Position numbers and translations under genes: made by a program. Shown here in pieces: positions 1 through 8,080 of a stretch of 32,000 nt of DNA. Within the stretch, counting starts at the first letter, position 1. Each line of letters starts with the position of its first letter. Location: positions 3,150,001-3,182,000 of the forward strand of contig NC_014833.1 in assembly GCF_000179635.2 (NCBI RefSeq), given 5' to 3'. The notes beneath the pieces are model-generated. The model had not been told where the DNA came from. It was given only the letters and a program-made list of their open reading frames with translations, and did no database searches. This DNA is from Ruminococcus albus 7 = DSM 20455. Its GTDB lineage: Bacteria; Bacillota; Clostridia; Oscillospirales; Ruminococcaceae.

Positions 1-434
1 CGCGTACTGACGGTGAGATATACATACAGACACTGTACAACCCCGTGGAGTACTTCAAAGACTGGAAAATGCTTGTAGAGTATGCTGAAGGAAAGATAGA
101 TAACTTCAACAAGATAGTTAAGGACGGTGCTGAAAAGGACGGTGTACATCACTACAATGTCATCGACGTAGGCAACCAGTTCGAGGGCAGGAATTCTCAG
201 CTGACTAACATAGCAGACTACGATATCCACCCGAATGCAGAGGGACACAAGGTCATCGCAGACACCGTGGATAAGGAACTGCGCAAGGGAAAATACTCCT
301 ATATGGTCACAGTACCGGGTAATGAACACTGGACTTCGGAAGCAAAGACGGGATTTATCATACTGACAGCAATCGTAGTATTAGCTGCAGGCGGGATCAT
401 TATCGTGCTATTGAAGAAGAAAAACCACGGCTGA
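1..434 (+). CDS. SGNH/GDSL-family hydrolase, C-terminal part with a C-terminal TM anchor (5' end lies outside the window)
   Basis: The reading frame is open from base 3, upstream of the listed GTG at 45. It carries the block V catalytic motif D-x-x-H (DYDIHPNAEGH) typical of SGNH hydrolases. A hydrophobic tail (FIILTAIVVLAAGGIIIVLL) is followed by KKKN. Confidence 0.6.
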   Translation, partial: RTDGEIYIQTLYNPVEYFKDWKMLVEYAEGKIDNFNKIVKDGAEKDGVHHYNVIDVGNQFEGRNSQLTNIADYDIHPNAEGHKVIADTVDKELRKGKYSYMVTVPGNEHWTSEAKTGFIILTAIVVLAAGGIIIVLLKKKNHG

Positions 435-468
435 TGCCGCGGTAAACATCATAGGATATACTGTTACG

Positions 469-510
469 GCGGGCGGTCACAGCAACAAGTGACCTGCCCG
501 CTGTTTTTGT
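469..510 (+). terminator. Rho-independent terminator of the SGNH hydrolase gene
   Basis: A 12-bp GC-rich stem with one bulge pairs gcgggcggtcac (469-480) with gtgacctgcccgc (489-501). It is followed by tgttttt. Confidence 0.7.
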
Positions 511-617
511 ATGCAAATCTCCCCAAGAGATGAATTTTATAAAATGCACACAAATCCGTATTAAATCCTATGAAATATAAACAAAGCTACAAAAATATCC
601 AGGTCATAAAAAATTCA

Positions 618-646
618 TTGAAATCCGCGATATATAGTAGTATAAT
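618..646 (+). promoter_or_regulatory. Sigma-A type promoter for the SulP transporter gene
   Basis: TTGAAA (618-623), a 17-nt spacer, then TATAAT (641-646). This predicts a 5' leader of about 210 nt before the start at 866. Confidence 0.6.
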
Positions 647-683
647 GTATAAGCTGTGCCGTTTTCGGCAAAAAATATTATGG

Positions 684-839
684 TTATCCCTTTAACACAT
701 CATTACAAAGTGCTATATAACAATGAATCATCATGTTGATATTATCCTTTCTCCGCCTGCGGCGGGGAAAGGATAACCGCCGAGCATTTCTAGTTGTGAT
801 ATTACACCAAATTAATTGGTGTGTAAACGGGATAATCAG
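684..839. repeat. 156-bp structured insert in the SulP leader, bounded by imperfect terminal inverted repeats and flanked by a 14-nt direct repeat (MITE-like element or RNA switch)
   Basis: The direct repeat AAAAAATATTATGG occurs at 670-683 and 840-853. The inverted ends are ttatccctttaacac (684-698) and gtgtaaacgggataa (821-835). An internal 16-bp hairpin pairs 742-757 with 761-776. Confidence 0.4.
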
Positions 840-865
840 AAAAAATATTATGGAGATGAAATAAT

Positions 866-2545
866 TTGGAGCAGGTCAGAAAAAAGCCTACCGAAAGCAA
901 GCTGAAACCAAAGCTTTTCTCGGTAATGAAAAACTATTCAAAGGGTCAGTTGGTAAATGATGTCACAGCAGGTGTGATAGTCGCTATTATCGCACTGCCG
1001 CTTTCCATCGCGCTGGCGCTGGCATCGGGTGTAGGTCCTGAACAGGGTTTGTATACCGCCATCGTTGCAGGATTCATAGTTGCATTTCTGGGAGGCAGCC
1101 GCGTGCAGATAGCGGGTCCTACCGCCGCATTTGCCACCATCGTTGCAGGCATCGTTGCCACAGAGGGTATGGACGGTCTTGTGATATCCACCATTATGGC
1201 AGGTGCTATAATGATCGTCATGGGCTTATGCCGCTTTGGTGCGCTGATAAAGTATATCCCCGGCACTATAACCAGCGGCTTCACCTTTGGTATAGCCGTG
1301 ACCATTCTTATCGGTCAGATCAAGGATTTCTTCGGACTGACCTTCAAAAACTCCCCTGTTGAGACCGTTGACAAGGTAAAGGAGATAGTTCTCTGCTTCG
1401 GCAGCCTTAACCCGCAGGCACTTCTTGTGGGCGCTGTATCACTGGCAATACTCATCTTCTGGCCTAAAAAGCTGGAGAAGATACCTGCTTCGCTAATAGC
1501 TGTAATAGTCGGTTCTGTTATGGTAGGCGTGCTGGATATGAAGGTAAACACCATAGGAAGCCTGTACAAAGTTTCAAAGGATCTTCCTCCCTTTACAGTA
1601 CCTCACTTCACATTTGCAAGAGTAAGGGCACTTCTGCCCAACGCTTTCACCATAGCAATACTCGCGGCTGTTGAATCACTGCTTTCATGCGTTGTTGCTG
1701 ATGGTATGATAGGTTCAAAGCACCGCTCCAATATGGAGCTTATCGCACAGGGTGCTGCAAATATCGGCTCGGCGCTGTTCGGCGGTATACCTGCAACAGG
1801 CGCTATCGCACGTACCGCAGCCAATGTCAAGAACGGCGGCAGAACTCCGATCGCAGGTATGGTACATTCTGTCGTAGTACTTATAATACTCTGCCTGCTG
1901 ATGGATAAGGCATCGCTGATACCAATGCCCACCATTGCGGCTATACTCTTTGTGGTAGCATACAATATGTGCGGCTGGCGAAATATCCGCAACACCATTA
2001 AAACCGCACCCAAGAGTGATATCGCCGTACTTTTCGTAACACTGATATTCACCGTTGTATTCGACCTCGTAGTAGCCATAGGCGTAGGCATGGTAATGGC
2101 TTCACTGCTGTTCATGAAGCGTATGGCTGATGTTACCGAGGCTCATGCATGGGTAGATGTTGACGATGAGGACACCGACCCCGATAATATACTCCTGAAA
2201 AAGATACCAAAGAATACCAGAGTATTCGAGATAAACGGACCTATGTTCTTTGCGGCTGCCGATAAGTACAGCTATATGCTGTCGGATGAAAATATCGACG
2301 TTCTCTGCATACGTATGAGAAACGTGCCCGCAATTGATGCCGCCGGTGTCGAAGCACTTATGGGTATCGTCAAGCGCTGCGAAAAGAACGACGTGAAGGT
2401 AATATTCTCACACGTCAACGAACAGCCAATGCACGCCATGGAAAAGGCTGGCTTCATCGAACACGTGGGCAAGGAGAATTTCTGCGACCACATAGATACC
2501 GCACTCATGCGTGCCGAAGCCATCGAAAACAGCATCAGCAAATAA
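866..2545 (+). CDS. SulP-family inorganic anion (sulfate/bicarbonate-type) transporter with a C-terminal STAS domain
   Basis: 559 aa with many TM helices. The N-terminal signature DVTAGVIVAIIALPLSIALA is present, and the cytoplasmic C-terminus looks like a STAS domain (VFEINGPMFFAAADK ... IRMRNVPAIDAAGVEAL). The listed start is TTG at 866; ATG at 926 is an alternative. Confidence 0.9.
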   Translation: MEQVRKKPTESKLKPKLFSVMKNYSKGQLVNDVTAGVIVAIIALPLSIALALASGVGPEQGLYTAIVAGFIVAFLGGSRVQIAGPTAAFATIVAGIVATEGMDGLVISTIMAGAIMIVMGLCRFGALIKYIPGTITSGFTFGIAVTILIGQIKDFFGLTFKNSPVETVDKVKEIVLCFGSLNPQALLVGAVSLAILIFWPKKLEKIPASLIAVIVGSVMVGVLDMKVNTIGSLYKVSKDLPPFTVPHFTFARVRALLPNAFTIAILAAVESLLSCVVADGMIGSKHRSNMELIAQGAANIGSALFGGIPATGAIARTAANVKNGGRTPIAGMVHSVVVLIILCLLMDKASLIPMPTIAAILFVVAYNMCGWRNIRNTIKTAPKSDIAVLFVTLIFTVVFDLVVAIGVGMVMASLLFMKRMADVTEAHAWVDVDDEDTDPDNILLKKIPKNTRVFEINGPMFFAAADKYSYMLSDENIDVLCIRMRNVPAIDAAGVEALMGIVKRCEKNDVKVIFSHVNEQPMHAMEKAGFIEHVGKENFCDHIDTALMRAEAIENSISK

Positions 2546-2549
2546 AAAC

Positions 2550-2674
2550 CAACGCTCATTAGGGCGGATACTTATATAGAACGTTTGTGATCATTATTGA
2601 GGGAAACCCTTTTGAGAAAGGGTTTCCCTCAAACTCATAAATATTCTATATGAACATCGCCCTAATGAGCGTTG
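2550..2674. repeat. About 125-bp three-tier nested palindrome between convergent genes
   Basis: The outer arms are a perfect 17-bp match: caacgctcattagggcg (2550-2566) and cgccctaatgagcgttg (2658-2674). The middle arms (2571-2580 and 2645-2654) match 8 of 9. The inner stem is a perfect 15 bp (2597-2611 with 2618-2632). Confidence 0.6.
2597..2632. terminator. Probable bidirectional terminator hairpin shared by the SulP and AEC transporter genes
   Basis: A perfect 15-bp stem, ttgagggaaaccctt / aagggtttccctcaa, with a 6-nt loop, lies between two convergent stop codons. There is no clear U tract outside the stem. Confidence 0.55.
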
Positions 2675-2690
2675 TATTTATGTGGTATGC

Positions 2691-3572
2691 TCAGAGCATT
2701 TCGCCCAGCATTGTAACTATCGGCAGGGTGATACCGCTGAGCAGAGTTGTCACTGCGAAGAATTCCGAGCAGCGTTCGGGATTCTTATCGAACTGTATGG
2801 CGAACATGGTGCCTGTTGTTGCAACGGGGCAGGCGGATGCTATCAGCACCACCATTTTCACCATGTGGGGAGCAGGCAGGAAATGCACCAGCAAAAACGC
2901 TACCAGCGGCAGAGCCAGGAGCTTATAGACAGACACCATATAAAGCGCTTTATTTTTCAGGGCTTTAATGATATTTGTCTGTGCGGTTGCTGAACCTGCT
3001 ATCAGCATAGCCAGCGGAGTATTCATATCAGAAACATACTGCAGAGAGGTATGAAGTACATCGGGCAGACGTATCTGAGCGAGGTAGAAGACAAGTCCGA
3101 TAAAAACGGCAATTACCGACGGTGAGGATGCCGCCTTGACAAAGGACTTGAAGTCGCGGCTCTCTTTCATGGTCATGTAGCCGTGTGTCCACACGAGGAT
3201 ATTGAAAAGGGTGATGTACGCTGTGAGGTAAAGCACGCCCTCGGTGCCGTAAATGCCGCGTATCAGCGGCATTCCGATGAATCCGCAGTTTGAATACACC
3301 ACCGAGAAGCGCTCCAGCGAATGTTCGGGGCGCTTTTGGCTTATTATCAGCGTTGAAAGCAATATCATCACACCAAAGGAAATTCCCGACAATAAGAATG
3401 ACCACAGCAGACCTTTCAGCAGTGTGCTGCTGTACTCGCAGTCCTGGTATGACATGAATATCAGCATGGGATTGACGATATAAAGAGCGACCTTTGAGAG
3501 CTGCTTATTGCCCTCCTTGGTGATAAGCCCTTTCATACTGCACCCAAGTCCGATGATGAGTATAATGAACAT
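2691..3572 (-). CDS. AEC-family (auxin efflux carrier / malate permease-like) transporter
   Basis: 293 aa polytopic membrane protein. The N-terminal pattern IILIIGLG..KGLITKEGNKQLSKVALYIVNPMLIF is typical of AEC transporters. The N-terminus may be mis-set (see findings). Confidence 0.8.
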   Translation of the reverse strand: MFIILIIGLGCSMKGLITKEGNKQLSKVALYIVNPMLIFMSYQDCEYSSTLLKGLLWSFLLSGISFGVMILLSTLIISQKRPEHSLERFSVVYSNCGFIGMPLIRGIYGTEGVLYLTAYITLFNILVWTHGYMTMKESRDFKSFVKAASSPSVIAVFIGLVFYLAQIRLPDVLHTSLQYVSDMNTPLAMLIAGSATAQTNIIKALKNKALYMVSVYKLLALPLVAFLLVHFLPAPHMVKMVVLIASACPVATTGTMFAIQFDKNPERCSEFFAVTTLLSGITLPIVTMLGEML

Positions 3573-3763
3573 AATGACTATCTGTCGTAAAATAACTTCT
3601 GCTGCTTCCGTAAAAAGCCCCCCAAAATAATAATATCACTACATCAGTATAAAATTATAATATGAATATTTCGACTGAATTTTCTGAAAATACCTGCAGA
3701 CAGCTGCACAAAAGAAGCGTAGGATACCATACCCACGCTAATGGTATTCTCCGATTTACGGTC

Positions 3764-4471
3764 CTATATGCTATAGGACACTGTACAATACACTTTCCCA
3801 TGTTCATCTTTAAGGGATATTATACAACCATCTTCCGTATCATATCTGTAGGCAAATACCCTGTCACCATGCTTTATCGGGAATTTATATTCTGCACGAA
3901 GACGTTTAGCTTTGTGGCACTCGTTATATAGCTCATCAGTGATATCAAAATATCTTGCATTGTTGACGTGCTCATTCATATCTATATCGCTTCGTCTTAT
4001 CGGCACCTGACATACTATTGACGGGTCTTCATCAGGTATCGCTATCTTGCGCGGAAGATACTCCATTTCCAGCTTTTCATAGCTCCTGACCTGTGCTATG
4101 AGATCAGCAGACACCCTTATGGGTCTGCCTGTACTCATATCCATGAACGCGCCGCCTGCTATCGAACGTATGCATACATCGCCTTTTTCGCCAAGTACCA
4201 AAGTGTTTCTGGAGCCATACATTCTGTTGAGTTCATACGTCCATGTCTTTGTACGTATATGCTCACCGTACTGAGGACGTCTTATGATATCCACCTGACG
4301 ATGTGTAAGGAACATCACGCTGCCTGTTTCCCTGAAAAAAGGTGCCAGTACAGGGTGTTCCATAAGGTGCCTGTCAGATGTATCCTGAAGGATATCTACA
4401 AGACCGCTGTTGCGCACCTGTCCGCCCTCACCTATCTGCGAACAGTATATTCTTCTGTCAGTTTCAAACAT
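3764..4471 (-). CDS. Acyl-ACP thioesterase
   Basis: 235 aa with a double hot-dog layout. The signature D-x-N-x-H-V-N-N-x-x-Y (DIDMNEHVNNARYFD) is shared with FatA/FatB-type acyl-ACP thioesterases. The RBS GGGAGG precedes the ATG. Confidence 0.85.
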   Translation of the reverse strand: MFETDRRIYCSQIGEGGQVRNSGLVDILQDTSDRHLMEHPVLAPFFRETGSVMFLTHRQVDIIRRPQYGEHIRTKTWTYELNRMYGSRNTLVLGEKGDVCIRSIAGGAFMDMSTGRPIRVSADLIAQVRSYEKLEMEYLPRKIAIPDEDPSIVCQVPIRRSDIDMNEHVNNARYFDITDELYNECHKAKRLRAEYKFPIKHGDRVFAYRYDTEDGCIISLKDEHGKVYCTVSYSI

Positions 4472-4495
4472 AATGACCTCCCAAGTGTATAGTAA

Positions 4496-4521
4496 TAAAA
4501 AAGCAGCCGCTGCGGGCTGCT
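4496..4521 (-). terminator. Rho-independent terminator after the BY-kinase gene
   Basis: On the minus strand the stem agcagcc / ggctgct (4502-4508 with 4515-4521) is followed by UUUUUU (plus-strand A run 4496-4501). Confidence 0.6.
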
Positions 4522-4528
4522 ATTTATT

Positions 4529-5317
4529 TTATTCGTCGTTTTCCCCTTCATCAGAGGGTTTTCTGGAATAGCTGTAACCGTAGCCATAGCCGTAGCCGTA
4601 TCTATAGCCATACCTGTACCTATAGCCGTACTTTCCGCCGTATTTTCCGCTCATAACAGAAACATTGTTAACAACTACACCAAGCAGCGAACCATCCGCC
4701 ATCTTTATCGCTTCGATAGCCTCCTGAAGAGCATCGTAAGTTGACTGCGCGAACTTTGCAATAAGCAGTACGCCTGCTATCGAATCCAGAAGTGTAAGAC
4801 AGTCGGTAACGATATTTATAGGGGGGGTATCAATGATGATGTAATCATAGTGAGCAGAAAGCTGATCCAACAGCTGCTTCATATTATCCGAACCCAGCAT
4901 TTCTGAAGGGTTGGGAGGGATAGGACCGCAGGTAACTATATCGAGATTGTCGATAACATTGTGGTGTACTATCTCCTTAAAGGTGTTGGTACCGCTTATC
5001 AGCGTAGAAAGTCCAAGATCATTCGTCAGTGAGAATACTCTGTGCTGAACAGGCTTTCTCAAGTCACCGTCGATCAACAGTACATGGTTATTGTTCTGTG
5101 CGAGAGTTATGGCGATATTTGCAGCTACTGTGGATTTACCCTCAGAAGCCAGTGCACTGGATATAGCAAATATCTTATTCTTTTTGGTAGAAAGAGCAAA
5201 GGAGATATTGGTTCTAAGGTTCTTGTATGCCTCAGTAACAGGGAAAGCCACATTCTTATCCATAAGTGTTCTTCTTCTGTTCCTGTTACCGCCAGGGATC
5301 TTCTTAGTATTTGCCAT
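4529..5317 (-). CDS. CpsD/CapB-family bacterial tyrosine kinase (BY-kinase) with a long C-terminal Tyr cluster
   Basis: Walker A (SALASEGKST), Walker A' (LLIDGDLRKP) and Walker B (YIIIDTPP) are present. The C-terminal tail is YGGKYGYRYRYGYRYGYGYGYGYSYS. Confidence 0.9.
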   Translation of the reverse strand: MANTKKIPGGNRNRRRTLMDKNVAFPVTEAYKNLRTNISFALSTKKNKIFAISSALASEGKSTVAANIAITLAQNNNHVLLIDGDLRKPVQHRVFSLTNDLGLSTLISGTNTFKEIVHHNVIDNLDIVTCGPIPPNPSEMLGSDNMKQLLDQLSAHYDYIIIDTPPINIVTDCLTLLDSIAGVLLIAKFAQSTYDALQEAIEAIKMADGSLLGVVVNNVSVMSGKYGGKYGYRYRYGYRYGYGYGYGYSYSRKPSDEGENDE

Positions 5318-6104
5318 ACTTGCCGTTTCCTCCCCTCTCGTCCATGAAAATGTCGGGTATCTCTGCGAGGACAGGTACGCCGAAACGTTCCTTTATATCC
5401 TCACCGCTCTTAACTGTATTATCAAAGAAGCTGGTGATCAGCGCGAAACCTACAGACACTGCAAGACCTGCGATAAGACCGAGCATCAGATATTTTGATA
5501 TATTGGGTCCGCTGGGTGTTGTCGGCACCTTAGGAGGTGATACCGTTTCAACCGAACCTGCCTTGGTGGTACGTGTGATGACTTCCTGAGCAAGCTCTGA
5601 GATATAGGAACATATATCTGCCGAGAACTTAGGCACCTGGCTGGTAACTGTTACCTGAAGCACCTCAGTATTATTTACTGCAGATATATTTATAAGCCTT
5701 TTGATCTGTCCGTAGGGTATATACTCATTGCCCTTTTCATCGACAGATATGGTGAAGTAGTTCTTGAGATCGTCTACATCATAATCTTTAAGCAGCTTAT
5801 CTGAGATAGACTCATACAGCAGCGGATCGTCAAGTATTACGATATATGTTGTCGCAAGGCTTCTCGCAGTATTAAGATCCTGAGCGTTTATAAGATTATC
5901 ATCATTATCCTGATCACCGGTCTTACCGTTTGTTACGTATATCTTAATGCTGGCAGTATACTGGAGAGGCAGTACGAACTTTGCATAGCTGTATCCCACG
6001 ATACCTGCAAGTATCGTAACAACGATTATCATTCTGATATGGCTGAGCAGTATGCCCAGTATTTCCTGTATACTTATCTCTTTTCCTTCCATTATTTGCA
6101 ACAC
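5304..6104 (-). CDS. Wzz/CpsC-type chain-length determinant and tyrosine-kinase modulator
   Basis: 266 aa with an N-terminal TM helix, an extracytoplasmic domain and a C-terminal TM helix. It overlaps the kinase gene by 14 nt, the classic CpsC-CpsD arrangement of Firmicutes. Confidence 0.85.
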   Translation of the reverse strand: MLQIMEGKEISIQEILGILLSHIRMIIVVTILAGIVGYSYAKFVLPLQYTASIKIYVTNGKTGDQDNDDNLINAQDLNTARSLATTYIVILDDPLLYESISDKLLKDYDVDDLKNYFTISVDEKGNEYIPYGQIKRLINISAVNNTEVLQVTVTSQVPKFSADICSYISELAQEVITRTTKAGSVETVSPPKVPTTPSGPNISKYLMLGLIAGLAVSVGFALITSFFDNTVKSGEDIKERFGVPVLAEIPDIFMDERGGNGKYGKY

Positions 6105-6189
6105 CTACCTGATAATTTGACCTGATATTTTATTTAGACGATGTCCCTGCCAAGAGACAGCACGGACACATATAATAACGCACTATATA

Positions 6190-6218
6190 AGTATACACTA
6201 TACCGCGGATTTTGTCAA
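6190..6218 (-). promoter_or_regulatory. Sigma-A type promoter for the wzz/BY-kinase pair
   Basis: Minus-strand TTGACA (6213-6218), a 17-nt spacer, then TATACT (6190-6195), about 85 nt upstream of the start at 6104. Confidence 0.55.
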
Positions 6219-6304
6219 TCGCATTAACGCCAAATTTTCCATGTATAAAAATGTTTTATTTAATTATACTGTCAAAGCTTCGCAATATTATGGGCGGCAG
6301 TCTG

Positions 6305-7066
6305 TCAATAGCCGAGCAGTTCTCTCATTACCCAGCCAAAAGTTCCGTTATAGCTGGTATATACCCATACGTTGCCGTCAGGGCCTACAGTTTCTCCTAT
6401 ACCGAGCACCGAATATCCGTCGGGTATAGTAGTCTTTATGTCATAATCCTTGGACGGTCCGTATCTCAGGTTCAAATAAGTAGTATCTGAGGTAACGGTA
6501 TATTTTCTGCCTGAATCATATCTCATATCAGGCTTCATCTCAAACATCTTATCCGGCGCAAAAGATGTGGTTGTGACCGCAGAAGATCTCCTTGTGGCAC
6601 GTGCCGAAGGATCTTCTATGGCTATCGTTCCGTTCGCGGTGGTGGTAGTCTTTTCAGCACTCACGGTCACAGCAGGTGCAGTAGTGCCGTTATGTTCCGG
6701 CAGTGAATAGTAGGTCTTCGCCACGGTCCGCTGTGTTGCGCGGATATCTTCGTCCACATCATCACTGAACAGCTGATCATTCTCCAGCGTACCTGTCACG
6801 GTAGTGGTGGTAGTATAATTACCGTCTGCATCGCCGTCATCAGCATCAATATCACCAACAGCAAAGGTAGCAGTCTTGGTAGTATGCACCGAACGCTTTG
6901 TGTAGGATACGCCCGAAGTGAATATAGGCTCAGTTTCAGAAGAATCGCCCTTGCCCACCTGACCGCAGCTGCCAAGAGCAGCCATTGTCAACACTGCAAT
7001 AATTACTTTCCAGAAATTTTTACACATACTGATCTTTCCTTTCAAGCCGGTCGTCTGCTTTCTCAT
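6305..7066 (-). CDS. Lipoprotein with a Thr-rich linker and a C-terminal bacterial SH3 domain
   Basis: The signal peptide carries the lipobox LGSCG. The C-terminus YLNLRYGPSKDYDIKTTIPDGYSVLGIGE...WVYTSYNGTFGWV matches the SH3_3 pattern. The start overlaps the upstream stop by 4 nt (ATGA). Confidence 0.7.
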   Translation of the reverse strand: MRKQTTGLKGKISMCKNFWKVIIAVLTMAALGSCGQVGKGDSSETEPIFTSGVSYTKRSVHTTKTATFAVGDIDADDGDADGNYTTTTTVTGTLENDQLFSDDVDEDIRATQRTVAKTYYSLPEHNGTTAPAVTVSAEKTTTTANGTIAIEDPSARATRRSSAVTTTSFAPDKMFEMKPDMRYDSGRKYTVTSDTTYLNLRYGPSKDYDIKTTIPDGYSVLGIGETVGPDGNVWVYTSYNGTFGWVMRELLGY

Positions 7067-7866
7067 ATCCCTCCAAGCAGACGCGCAGCGTTACCCGAAA
7101 ATATCTTTTCCTTGTCATCATCGGAAATACGCAGCCGCATTATCTTTTTCTTTATCTCAAAAGGGCTGTCCCACGGGATATCGCTGGCAAACAGTATCCT
7201 GTCAGCGCCGTGTTTCCTTATGATCTTCTCCATCAAACTGTCAGGAAGGTATCTGCCTGTGAAAGCTGTATCAAAATACACCTCTCCGTCAACGCCCGCA
7301 AGTATCTCATGCACCTGCTGGTGACAGTCATTTCCGCCGAGATGTGCCAGTATCACCTTAAGGTGAGGATGCTTTTTCAGCATACGCAAAGCGGCCTCGG
7401 GCGGACAGTGTATCTTTGAAGGCGAAAATACATCGAACCCGGCGTGCAGCACAACAGGCAGACCGCGGCGCTCTATCTCATCATACAAAAGATCCACTCT
7501 GTCCTCATCGACCATAAATCCCTGATAATCAGGGTGAAGCTTGATACCGCGAAGCCCCAGCGATACTATCCTGTCCAGTTCTCCGGGGATATCCTCCGTA
7601 TCCGGGTGTACAGTACCGAAGCTTATGAATCTGCCTCCGTTATTTTCGGCACACCAGTCGTTTATCACTTTCACCTGCGAAGGGCGGGTAGCCACTGACA
7701 GCAGTACTCCCCTATCTATGCCCCATTCATCCAGCCGTGCCTCGGTAGTTTCTATAAAGCCGTCCGTCAGCGGTTCTATGTCAGCGCGGTCTTTCAGCTG
7801 GGTTATTGCTTTTTCGGCTATTTTAGGTGCAAAACAATGCACGTGGAAATCTATAGTCAGCATCAA
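7063..7866 (-). CDS. Amidohydrolase-2 / TIM-barrel metal-dependent hydrolase family protein
   Basis: N-terminal IDFHVHCF (HxH metal motif), internal ILAHLGG, and a late FASDIPW Asp. Together these fit the PF04909-like amidohydrolase pattern. Confidence 0.7.
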   Translation of the reverse strand: MMLTIDFHVHCFAPKIAEKAITQLKDRADIEPLTDGFIETTEARLDEWGIDRGVLLSVATRPSQVKVINDWCAENNGGRFISFGTVHPDTEDIPGELDRIVSLGLRGIKLHPDYQGFMVDEDRVDLLYDEIERRGLPVVLHAGFDVFSPSKIHCPPEAALRMLKKHPHLKVILAHLGGNDCHQQVHEILAGVDGEVYFDTAFTGRYLPDSLMEKIIRKHGADRILFASDIPWDSPFEIKKKIMRLRISDDDKEKIFSGNAARLLGGI

Positions 7867-7978
7867 CGCCTCCCTGTCTGTTTATATCACAGCGAATATT
7901 ATAGCACAAAACCTCCCCGTATTCAAGTAAGGTCACAGAACTTTCGTTTTTTTCCATACATATATCACATAAATCAGC

Positions 7979-8007
7979 TTGCATTAACGCAAAAAATGTG
8001 CTATAAT
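7979..8007 (+). promoter_or_regulatory. Sigma-A promoter with an extended -10, for the 8081-10644 operon
   Basis: TTGCAT (7979-7984), a 17-nt spacer ending in TGc, then TATAAT (8002-8007). The RBS GGAGGA precedes the ATG at 8081. Confidence 0.6.
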
Positions 8008-8080
8008 TATTAAGTATAATAAAGATCAGCCGCAGATCACAGAAATTCAAACTTTATCTGCGCAACGGAGGAAAGTATCA

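Noticed and set aside
850-864. A four-codon upstream ORF (ATG GAG ATG AAA TAA) ending 1 nt before the TTG start of the SulP gene.
   Set aside because: It is too short to evaluate, and it overlaps the SD. It is more likely incidental, and the true SulP start codon (TTG 866 or ATG 926) is itself uncertain.
946-2559. Several minus-strand ORFs (84-170 aa) inside the SulP gene.
   Set aside because: They are antisense to a confidently identified transporter, and their composition is biased toward Ala/Thr/Ser/Pro/Ile, as expected for the reverse frame of a membrane protein. They have no RBS.
4540-4640. Repetitive DNA (gtagcc / atagcc units) resembling a microsatellite or a degenerate repeat array.
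   Set aside because: It is the coding sequence of the Tyr-Gly/Tyr-Arg tail of the BY-kinase. It is in frame and expected for this family.
7063-7866. The hydrolase could be the missing CpsB-type phosphotyrosine phosphatase for the nearby BY-kinase.
   Set aside because: Its motifs (IDFHVHCF, ILAHLGG, FASDIPW) fit the amidohydrolase-2 TIM-barrel family rather than the PHP-domain CpsB pattern. It also belongs to a different transcription unit, upstream of the wzz promoter.
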